From a virus (taxonomy: Duplodnaviria > Caudoviricetes): DNA of 44,286 bases. The stretch lies in IMG/VR virus record IMGVR_UViG_3300012952_000033, positions 1 to 44,286 of that record. One strand, given 5' to 3'. A program made the position numbers and the translations under genes. Every line of letters starts with the position of its first letter. The stretch's first letter is position 1. A model generated the notes under the pieces. That model saw only the letters and a program-made list of their open reading frames with translations. It was not told the DNA's origin and did not search any database. Shown here one piece after another: positions 37,867 through 44,286 of the stretch.

Positions 37867-38382
37867 TTACAGTGTTGTAAGTTCTTGTTCTAATTTAGGG
37901 TTAATATTATATTTTGCTTTAATAGTAGCTAGTTTACCGCCAGATTTTAAATATTTTTTAGCTTGTGTTATTTGATCTGGTGTCATATTTCTGTTATGAT
38001 CATTTACAGCATCACTGTCTTGCGTGTCATCGATTAAGAATAAATTTCCTAATGCGTATTTCTTCCCATAACTTGAAGCAGAACCAAACTGCTGTGGTGT
38101 TTGCATGCCTTTTTGCAAAAGATCTACACCAACTAAAGCTGTTGCTTTAATTGCATTTTTACCATCAGATATGGTTGCTATACTCTCAATAATAGGCATA
38201 GGTTTACTTTTAATTAAATTTTCATTTAATGTTATTGTAACTCCTAATTCTAATAAAAAGGGTTTAGTTGCTTCGAGAATGTCTTCGGCAGAGCGGAAGT
38301 AGTATTTGCCGAATGAATTAAATCTACTTTTTTTCGATTTAAACTTAGTCTGAATAGTTGCTAACTTATCGTTAAGTGTCAT
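37867..38382 (-). CDS. erf: ERF-family single-strand annealing protein
   Basis: FNSFGKYYFRSAEDI and QQFGSASSYGKKYALGNLFLIDD..D.D signature. Confidence 0.88.
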   Translation of the reverse strand: MTLNDKLATIQTKFKSKKSRFNSFGKYYFRSAEDILEATKPFLLELGVTITLNENLIKSKPMPIIESIATISDGKNAIKATALVGVDLLQKGMQTPQQFGSASSYGKKYALGNLFLIDDTQDSDAVNDHNRNMTPDQITQAKKYLKSGGKLATIKAKYNINPKLEQELTTL

Positions 38383-38443
38383 AGGTTTAAAGGGTTTATA
38401 TTATATATAATTACATATTAAAATTGCTATTTACATCTGTATA

Positions 38444-39196
38444 CTACAGATAATCAAGCACTTGCGAGTGATCTACATTATCAATTAATTTTCTTACAGC
38501 TTGTTTTTTAAGCTCAGAAACTCTAACATAACCACTAGGTCCCTTGATATTAATTTTATCAGCTATTTGTATAGCAGAATGCTTATCACAATCAAGGCCA
38601 TATGATAGTCTTAAGACTTCATATTCATTTTTTTCTAAATGTTTTTTCATTAAACTTTTTAAATAACTATTTAGAATATTAATATTATATGGTTCAGATT
38701 CATCAGGTATTTGATACACCATATCTTCATCACCTGTCATTGTTTTTTTATCTATACTTAAAAATATAGAATTAAAAAACATTTCAACCATCTTTTTATC
38801 TTTTGGATTTTTACGTATTTCATTCATTTTATGTTCAGGTATTCTTATATTACCTCTATTATGATCTATAGCTCTACGTATAGCACCCTTAATGCGTTTG
38901 AAAAAAAACGATTTTAATGTTTTTTCTTTATCTTTTGATTCAGATAATACTGAATAATCTAACTTATCAACTGCTTTTACAAGTCCTATTGATCCTTCTT
39001 GTATTAAATCAGTTATATCTAATATTCCTGATGCTTGTTGTGAAGTTGAAAATTTTCTTGCTATATTTTCTACTAATGGTAGAAATTTATTTATTAAATC
39101 ATTTCTATTATAGTCAACAATATTACTTAATATAGGTTGAGATTCCTTTACGTCTTCTTTGTATCTAATATAATTAGATATATTATATTTCTTCAT
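38444..39196 (-). CDS. Sigma70-family RNA polymerase sigma factor
   Basis: LPLVENIARKF, DLIQEGSIGLVKAVDK (region 2), IRIP (region 3), VLRLSYGL...RVSELKKQAVRKL (region 4). Confidence 0.9.
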   Translation of the reverse strand: MKKYNISNYIRYKEDVKESQPILSNIVDYNRNDLINKFLPLVENIARKFSTSQQASGILDITDLIQEGSIGLVKAVDKLDYSVLSESKDKEKTLKSFFFKRIKGAIRRAIDHNRGNIRIPEHKMNEIRKNPKDKKMVEMFFNSIFLSIDKKTMTGDEDMVYQIPDESEPYNINILNSYLKSLMKKHLEKNEYEVLRLSYGLDCDKHSAIQIADKINIKGPSGYVRVSELKKQAVRKLIDNVDHSQVLDYL

Positions 39197-39791
39197 TTAA
39201 ATTAATTTTTTCAATTTTTAATTTTTTATTTAAATTACGATAAACAGTTCTTACAGAACAGTTTAATAGTTTTGCAACCGAAACCCATGTTATCTTTTTA
39301 TTTGATTCGTGTAAATTTAACATGCATTGATAAATATCTTCTTTTTTTACAACTGAAGATCTACCAATTAGTTTACCTACTATTTGTAATTTTTCGTTTG
39401 TTGTTAATTTAGTTTGTTGATTAAACACTACCTTTCGTTTTCTATTAACCGGTGGTCGATCTATTTCTAAATTATCCAACATGTCAACTAAATACTTTTC
39501 TTTTATATTAAAAGTAATAAAATTATTTTTTTTATTTGTTATATAATATGCAAGATTATTAAAATCTTTATCTTCTAGCTCTGGGTTTAAATACTTTAGA
39601 ACTAACAAGTGCCATTTAAGTGATTTAAAACTAGTTATTTTTGCTTTACTTTTAAATAACTCATAGCACTCGTATGTTCCATTTTCATAAAATTTACCCC
39701 AGGTAAATATTTTTGTTGGCTTATCAGTTATAGGATCTCTATTATATATAATTCTATTCCTATTTAAATAATCTATTTTCCTGTATGACAT
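39183..39791 (-). CDS. DNA-binding protein with C-terminal HTH (possible replication initiator or regulator)
   Basis: ITWVSVAKLLNCSVRTVYRNL helix-turn-helix. Confidence 0.7.
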   Translation of the reverse strand: MSYRKIDYLNRNRIIYNRDPITDKPTKIFTWGKFYENGTYECYELFKSKAKITSFKSLKWHLLVLKYLNPELEDKDFNNLAYYITNKKNNFITFNIKEKYLVDMLDNLEIDRPPVNRKRKVVFNQQTKLTTNEKLQIVGKLIGRSSVVKKEDIYQCMLNLHESNKKITWVSVAKLLNCSVRTVYRNLNKKLKIEKINLNEEI

Positions 39792-39830
39792 TAGCCTATT
39801 ACTCTATTAAATATTACTACCTATTGTCAT
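39785..39830. promoter_or_regulatory. Inverted repeat overlapping the start of the HTH gene (operator or origin candidate)
   Basis: ATGACATTAG ...26 nt AT-rich... CTATTGTCAT (9/10 match), with internal TATTACT direct repeats. Confidence 0.45.
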
Positions 39831-40033
39831 CTTAAGGTAGGAGTCTCTTGAAACTTTTTAAGTTTCTCAGAGTACTTTATAATCAATTCTGCTTTGTGAT
39901 CTAATTTATGTAGTTTTATACGTTTATTTTTCGCTTTACATTTTAAAACATAATTAGTTATATCTTTACGTAACTCATATATTGAGTTCCATAAATAATC
40001 TCTATGTCCGTTTTTTCTGTTTTTTATTAGCAT
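39827..40033 (-). CDS. Hypothetical basic protein
   Basis: 68-aa ORF in the early/middle gene array. Confidence 0.6.
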   Translation of the reverse strand: MLIKNRKNGHRDYLWNSIYELRKDITNYVLKCKAKNKRIKLHKLDHKAELIIKYSEKLKKFQETPTLR

Positions 40034-40109
40034 TTTGTTTTCTTTTACGTTTTGCGTTCATATTAAATAAATTCACACTTATCATATGATTAAATAGTTT
40101 TCTACTCAT
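40002..40109 (-). CDS. 35-aa basic peptide (not in ORF track)
   Basis: MSRKLFNHMISVNLFNMNAKRKRKQNANKKQKKRT; starts just after the upstream stop codon. Confidence 0.5.
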   Translation of the reverse strand: MSRKLFNHMISVNLFNMNAKRKRKQNANKKQKKRT

Positions 40110-40110
40110 T

Positions 40111-40353
40111 TTAATTACAATTAGTTAAATATCCTCTTATTACCTCTTCACAATATGCTCTTCTTGAATAGGTTAACCAACCTACACTTCTTGTGCCCGG
40201 TTGTAATTTAATAACATCCCATTTACCTCTTTCTTCATCATAATATACACAATCACAGAGGTTATCTGGAACGACATATGTAGGCATATCTACATCGTCT
40301 ATATAGCAACTTTGCAATGCTAAAGCTGCGCAAATTAATTTTATTTTATTCAT
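40111..40353 (-). CDS. Cys-rich lipoprotein
   Basis: MNKIKLICAALALQSC lipobox followed by acidic YIDDVD. Confidence 0.75.
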   Translation of the reverse strand: MNKIKLICAALALQSCYIDDVDMPTYVVPDNLCDCVYYDEERGKWDVIKLQPGTRSVGWLTYSRRAYCEEVIRGYLTNCN

Positions 40354-40630
40354 TACTTAAATATTTTTGATATAATATAAATGATACTATTTTAAATATA
40401 GTACCTAACATAACACCCATCATCATTTGTAATTTAGAGGTTTCTATTGCATAGTAACCATATAATGTTACCATATCAAATATAAACATACATATTAAAG
40501 GTATTATTATTGTTTTTCTAATATAATCAGCAATAAGGGCTACAGCATAACCGCTAAAACCCATAGTTACTGCTATCATAAAAGGTACAATTAAATCTAC
40601 TAGTTTTGTCATAATTCTTCGTATTCCCAA
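40346..40630 (-). CDS. Small membrane protein (about 3 TM)
   Basis: Mostly hydrophobic 94-aa ORF. Confidence 0.7.
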   Translation of the reverse strand: MGIRRIMTKLVDLIVPFMIAVTMGFSGYAVALIADYIRKTIIIPLICMFIFDMVTLYGYYAIETSKLQMMMGVMLGTIFKIVSFILYQKYLSNE

Positions 40631-40863
40631 ACCACACCAGGTGGATGGCTGTTTAATATATCATTAATTACTTTTTCTTGTATAAACGGTTTGACCTCTT
40701 GATTAATTAAATACTCTTGAGGTCCCCTGTTGTACACAATTAATTTACCCAAAGGTTTATTCATAATTTCTAATAGATTTAAATAGAGGATGTCTATATG
40801 ATCCTCTAGGCGTCTTTTGAAAGTATGTAAACGTAGCTGTTTTGCCAATATAATCTTTGACAT
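40609..40863 (-). CDS. Hypothetical protein overlapping the ligase 3' end
   Basis: ATG 40863 in the +1 frame of the ligase gene; fills the gap to the next gene. Confidence 0.6.
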   Translation of the reverse strand: MSKIILAKQLRLHTFKRRLEDHIDILYLNLLEIMNKPLGKLIVYNRGPQEYLINQEVKPFIQEKVINDILNSHPPGVVWEYEEL

Positions 40864-41614
40864 TAACAAGCATCATTGCCATAGTGTCATAATCTTCCAT
40901 AACAGGCATGCCGAAATTGATGCCATTGCTATCAACAGCCAAGAATTTGCCAATTGTTCCGCTTCTTTTACCTTTGCCTTCAACATAGCCAACAATTGTC
41001 GCTTCTGTGTCATGGAAATCTTTGAATTTTTGTAAGTTGTAACTTCTTTTTTGTTCATAAGGTTTGTTGTTTCTAATTATACTACCTTCATAACCATCTT
41101 TAATATAGTGATCATGCCATAATTTAGCTGAATCAAGTAAAGATACTTCATATGCTTCAACTGGCACGATTGGAAATTTTAAGATTTTATGAAATATGGA
41201 TTGCAGCTCTGTTACGTTTAGTTTAATAAGCTGATGTCTTCTTCTATATGTTGCAAATTTATCACTTGGGTTGTAAAAGTCATACCAATGAAACTGTATA
41301 TACTTTTCAGCTTCAGCTCTATCTTCATCAGTTAGCTTTTGTTTTCTCACAAGGGATATAATTTTATTGAAGTTGTCTTTAAATTGGTGGTTGTAGAGTT
41401 CACCGTCAAGTATTATATCGGGTGCCAATTCAAATATAGGTTTAAACAGATCTTTAATGTGATCTACAGTTTTAAACTCTTTATGGTTGCGGCTAAATGC
41501 GCCGTCTTTAGTTATGTAGCATCTAACACCATCTAGTTTTGGCTGGATAAAAGAGTCTTTATCAAACGCTTTTTTGCCATATGGGTGTGCGAGCATTACA
41601 TTAAAATCACTCAT
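40757..41614 (-). CDS. ATP-dependent DNA ligase
   Basis: QPKLDGVR (motif I), LDGELY, GYEGSIIR, LQKFK, C-terminal OB fold ending YRHP.F. Confidence 0.93.
   Translation of the reverse strand: MSDFNVMLAHPYGKKAFDKDSFIQPKLDGVRCYITKDGAFSRNHKEFKTVDHIKDLFKPIFELAPDIILDGELYNHQFKDNFNKIISLVRKQKLTDEDRAEAEKYIQFHWYDFYNPSDKFATYRRRHQLIKLNVTELQSIFHKILKFPIVPVEAYEVSLLDSAKLWHDHYIKDGYEGSIIRNNKPYEQKRSYNLQKFKDFHDTEATIVGYVEGKGKRSGTIGKFLAVDSNGINFGMPVMEDYDTMAMMLVNVKDYIGKTATFTYFQKTPRGSYRHPLFKSIRNYE
40873..41058 (-). CDS. Candidate +1-frame membrane peptide nested in the ligase gene
   Basis: C-terminal WLLIAMASISACLLWKIMTLW; host codons are GC-ending (GGC, AGC, TTC) at ~40880-41030. Confidence 0.4.
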   Translation of the reverse strand: MNKKEVTTYKNSKISMTQKRQLLAMLKAKVKEAEQLANSWLLIAMASISACLLWKIMTLWQ

Positions 41615-41859
41615 TTTTTACGTTTTTTATTTAATATTTCTAGTTTTTTCTTAACAATTGCAGCTTTTTCATATTCTTCTTGATCTTCATATTTGAACAA
41701 TAGCTGTTTAAGTCTTGATATTTCAAAATCTAGTACATCTTCTTCAGTAGGTCTAAATGCCTCTAAAGGTTCTTGTTGAAATTCATAATAATCTACGAAT
41801 TTTTTAAGTACAAGATCAGCTACTCGTGCTGCTAATTTGTTTATCTCTTTGTCTGTCAT
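41611..41859 (-). CDS. Hypothetical protein with C-terminal UVR (UvrB/C)-like motif
   Basis: EDQEEYEKAAIVKKKL. Confidence 0.65.
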   Translation of the reverse strand: MTDKEINKLAARVADLVLKKFVDYYEFQQEPLEAFRPTEEDVLDFEISRLKQLLFKYEDQEEYEKAAIVKKKLEILNKKRKK

Positions 41860-42289
41860 ACTTTTTAATTAATTTATCTGGTGTACCTACAAATATAACT
41901 TCATCATCAAAGTTTTTATAAATAGCTACATATGTAGGTTCATCTGTTTTAGGATATAAAGTATATATATATTCCGCATCATATTTATAAGGTTTTCTTG
42001 GATATAAATATACATTACCAACATCTGTTTTTAATTGTTTAACTAATTGTGCTGCTAAACATTCTGGGCCATTAGCCAATTGTGGAAAATCTTGCAGAAC
42101 TAAGTTAGAAACACCATTTTTAACTTTATAAGGTAATAAAAACTTAGCTAGTTTAATACCTAAATACTCAGGGTGACCATCGAAATGGTTGTATATATTT
42201 ACTAAAGACTCTTCTACATAGATATGTCCTTTGTCATACGCAATACCTTCTTGTCTGGGTATGACTCTTATTAATGCTCTAGTTGCCAT
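41816..42289 (-). CDS. Conserved phage hypothetical protein
   Basis: MATRALI...IYNHFDGHPEYLG..L and EYIY pattern of a widespread phage early protein. Confidence 0.75.
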   Translation of the reverse strand: MATRALIRVIPRQEGIAYDKGHIYVEESLVNIYNHFDGHPEYLGIKLAKFLLPYKVKNGVSNLVLQDFPQLANGPECLAAQLVKQLKTDVGNVYLYPRKPYKYDAEYIYTLYPKTDEPTYVAIYKNFDDEVIFVGTPDKLIKKYDRQRDKQISSTSS

Positions 42290-42614
42290 CTTTATCTTCT
42301 AACCAATCAATAGTATCTTGTTCAGGTAACCACTGCTCAGTGTCCATATATATTTTAACTTCACCGCCAAAACCCATATCATCAACTGTTTCATGTATTC
42401 TATCTATAATGATATCAAAACTTGGTTCATAATAGTATACATCATTTTCCCAATCAATGTTTCTAGCATCATTTGTCATAACATACACTGTGTAATCATC
42501 TGCAGTATACCACTCAGATAATTCTAAATCGGGGTTATTTAAATTTTCACCGATTTTAACTAAGCAATCATATTTATCGCCTAGATACTTTTCTAATTTA
42601 TTTATATAATCCAT
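42279..42614 (-). CDS. Acidic hypothetical protein
   Basis: 111-aa D/E/Y/W-rich ORF downstream of the tRNA. Confidence 0.7.
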   Translation of the reverse strand: MDYINKLEKYLGDKYDCLVKIGENLNNPDLELSEWYTADDYTVYVMTNDARNIDWENDVYYYEPSFDIIIDRIHETVDDMGFGGEVKIYMDTEQWLPEQDTIDWLEDKDGN

Positions 42615-42633
42615 TTATTTAATTTAAAGTTAG

Positions 42634-42707
42634 GTGCGCGGGGTGGATTCGAACCACCGACCTCGAGTTTATGAGACTCGCGAGCTGACCATCTGCTCTA
42701 CCGCGCA
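42634..42707 (-). tRNA. tRNA with CAT anticodon (Met/fMet-like; Ile2 not excluded)
   Basis: Cloverleaf: TGCGCGG/CCGCGCA acceptor, GAGC/GCTC D stem, CGAGT-CTCATAA-ACTCG anticodon arm, GGTGG-TTCGAAT-CCACC T arm. CCA is not encoded. Confidence 0.92.
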
Positions 42708-42716
42708 ATATAATGT

Positions 42717-42870
42717 GGAAGTGGACAAAACTGGAATGACAAAGATGCGCTCAGCGCCTTATACTCTTAATCTGTTTATATTGTCTTTCGCTCGTGCACT
42801 TGCTTCCAGACACTTCCTGCGGTACACCTCGTATGCATTGGTATTTTAAATTGTACCACATACGCCCGCA
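42717..42870 (-). ncRNA. Putative structured non-coding RNA upstream of the tRNA
   Basis: GC-rich intergenic stretch with nested pairings 42717-23/42811-17, 42731-36/42804-09, 42818-22/42866-70, 42831-35/42859-63 and 42839-43/42854-58. Confidence 0.55.
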
Positions 42871-42887
42871 TAAATAATAACAATATG

Positions 42888-42924
42888 TATATATATTATC
42901 GTAAGTTAATCGTATTTAGTTTGT
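42888..42924 (-). promoter_or_regulatory. Putative phage promoter ACAAACTAAATAC-N11-GATAATATATATA (copy 2, ncRNA/tRNA)
   Basis: Identical to the motif at 36788-36824; lies just upstream of the structured RNA and tRNA. Confidence 0.7.
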
Positions 42925-43193
42925 AATTTATGCCAAGTTTTCTGTGTTGGTAGTTCATGGTCCATATCATGCCATATTAATTCATTGATATATTCCCATA
43001 TAGCCAACTGTTTTTCGCTTGACTGTAAGCAAGTTTTTAATAGTTCTACTGGAATAGTACCATCTCCACCTACTCTTATTTCTTCTTTTTGTCTTACAAT
43101 ATCTTGTTTAAGATTATATATCTGCGATTGAGCTTTATCAAACGCATCATTGTTAAGTTTTTGTCTTATTTCTAATTCGTTATTCTTATCCAT
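42906..43193 (-). CDS. Hypothetical protein
   Basis: 95-aa coiled-coil-like ORF in the early array. Confidence 0.7.
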   Translation of the reverse strand: MDKNNELEIRQKLNNDAFDKAQSQIYNLKQDIVRQKEEIRVGGDGTIPVELLKTCLQSSEKQLAIWEYINELIWHDMDHELPTQKTWHKLQTKYD

Positions 43194-43420
43194 GTTAATC
43201 CTTTATAATTATACCATTTACTAATACCTTGCTTTAGTTTTAATTCACCTTCCTCATCATAATCTTCGATCCATTTCTTGCCAAATGTAGGTGGTAAATC
43301 ACCAAGCATATATCCTTTGTGAGGTAACCCATCAAAGAACATTTTAAATTTATCTGATGTTTTCTTTATTTTTTTCATATTATCCGCAAATTTCTCTTGT
43401 TCCATCCATATTAATATCAA
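43172..43420 (-). CDS. Hypothetical protein
   Basis: ORF with a KWYNYKGLTWI motif. True start is likely ATG near 43378-43381 rather than the track's start. Confidence 0.6.
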   Translation of the reverse strand: MILIWMEQEKFADNMKKIKKTSDKFKMFFDGLPHKGYMLGDLPPTFGKKWIEDYDEEGELKLKQGISKWYNYKGLTWIRITN

Positions 43421-43628
43421 TTCTTCTTAAATCTTCTGTTACCTCTTTAGGGTAATCAAATTTTATAGCACCATCTTTATGGCACATCCATTCACAATTA
43501 GTGATATTATGGCCTTTATCTTCTAAAAACTGTTCACATGCTTCTGTTTGCATGTCCCAATCTGCTATGTCATATTGAAATACACTACCTATTTCAAAAT
43601 CTAATACTGTTATATATCCTTGTTTCAT
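43380..43628 (-). CDS. Hypothetical protein
   Basis: YITVLDF..G.V.QY...FL...GH....CEWM pattern. Confidence 0.7.
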   Translation of the reverse strand: MKQGYITVLDFEIGSVFQYDIADWDMQTEACEQFLEDKGHNITNCEWMCHKDGAIKFDYPKEVTEDLRRIDINMDGTREICG

Positions 43629-44045
43629 TTATTTATAATTTTTATTAAAATTCTTTTTATTATATGAATGAATAAAGAAATCTATATCAAATTCTTGTTT
43701 AGGCACTTGTTTTAAGTGTCTTTTGTTATAGATTAATTTACCTTCATAGTTGTCAATTAATATTGCTATGCAATCTTGTTGGAGTATATCGCATAAATCT
43801 TCAACTTTTTTTATTATTTCTTCTTTTGAGGCAATAATTGAGCTAAGACCTACAAAAGTAGGTTCATCTTCGCCAAGGTATTGACCTGTTGTTGCGAAAT
43901 AAACGTCATCATACATTTTAAATCCAGCTTGCTTTATTAAATTAGCAACACCATTTTCAGTGTACATATGACCATCAAGTCCAATATTGAACTCAACTTG
44001 AGTGATTTTTACACCACTACCAATGCAATTTTCTATATTATTCAT
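43629..44045 (-). CDS. Probable S-adenosylmethionine lyase (T3 SAMase-like)
   Basis: TGQY.G..EPT ... LC..LQQDCIAI ... GKLIY parallels T3 SAMase TGCY...EEKT ... EQDCVLV ... AGLVY (recalled sequence). Early-region location and similar size. Confidence 0.65.
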   Translation of the reverse strand: MNNIENCIGSGVKITQVEFNIGLDGHMYTENGVANLIKQAGFKMYDDVYFATTGQYLGEDEPTFVGLSSIIASKEEIIKKVEDLCDILQQDCIAILIDNYEGKLIYNKRHLKQVPKQEFDIDFFIHSYNKKNFNKNYK

Positions 44046-44199
44046 CTAATTCATCTATTTTTTTACTTAATTCTTTTAATTTTGCTCTTAATTCAAGAGG
44101 AGTTAATCCAGTTGGTTTATTCATATTTAACATAAGTTGATTCATTACTGAATTTTTATGTTGTTTAATAAGCTTTGGGTCTATTCTTGTAAATCTCAT
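44038..44199 (-). CDS. 53-aa hypothetical protein (not in ORF track)
   Basis: MRFTRIDPKLIKQHKNSVMNQLMLNMNKPTGLTPLELRAKLKELSKKIDELDE, with an A-rich upstream context. Confidence 0.65.
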   Translation of the reverse strand: MRFTRIDPKLIKQHKNSVMNQLMLNMNKPTGLTPLELRAKLKELSKKIDELDE

Positions 44200-44211
44200 T
44201 TTTTTTATTTT

Positions 44212-44286
44212 TTAATAATTAATTGCATTACATCTATCTTCTAATTCGTTACACAAAGCATTTATATTTTGTTTGTGTTCTTTAAT
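44212..44286 (-). CDS. 3' end of a gene running off the window
   Basis: Open frame IKEHKQNINALCNELEDRCNAINY* ending at TAA 44214-44212. Confidence 0.5.
   Translation of the reverse strand: MKEHKQNINALCNELEDRCNAINY

Noticed and set aside
42634-42849. 71-aa + strand ORF
   Set aside because: It is the reverse complement of the tRNA and the structured RNA.
1-44286. Stop-codon reassignment, CRISPR array, DGR, integrase, introns or inteins
   Set aside because: Genes are intact and tightly packed under the standard code. I saw no spaced direct repeats, reverse transcriptase or recombinase motifs, and terL, nrdA, nrdB and primase have no obvious insertions.

Overview
About 44 kb of an AT-rich, podovirus-type tailed dsDNA phage genome with crAss-like/marine flavobacterial-phage gene organisation. 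A Bacteroidota host is inferred from the lack of Shine-Dalgarno sites, A/T-rich start contexts and the lipoprotein signals. The + strand (1-28.9 kb) carries terminase (5'-truncated), portal, scaffold, major capsid, tail ring and muzzle proteins, ejection proteins including a 2549-aa giant, and lysis genes. The - strand (29-44.3 kb) carries class I RNR, a resolvase, MazG-like enzymes, a ThyA-fold enzyme with the dCMP-specific Asp, primase-helicase, SSB, RecE/ERF recombination genes, a sigma70-family factor, DNA ligase, a tRNA(CAT) and many small early genes including a probable SAM lyase. The most unusual signals are: (1) the giant virion protein looks like a polyprotein, with a zincin protease, recurring xFSK boundary motifs and an embedded sigma-region-2-like segment; (2) a perfectly repeated bipartite promoter-like motif that could be that segment's target; (3) repeated same-strand +1-frame ORFs inside core genes, coinciding with GC-rich codon islands and including an ArfA/BrfA-like basic peptide hidden in the scaffold gene; (4) a structured RNA upstream of an atypical initiator-like tRNA; (5) a likely cytosine-modification pathway. 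All family assignments come from motif recognition by eye; no searches were run.
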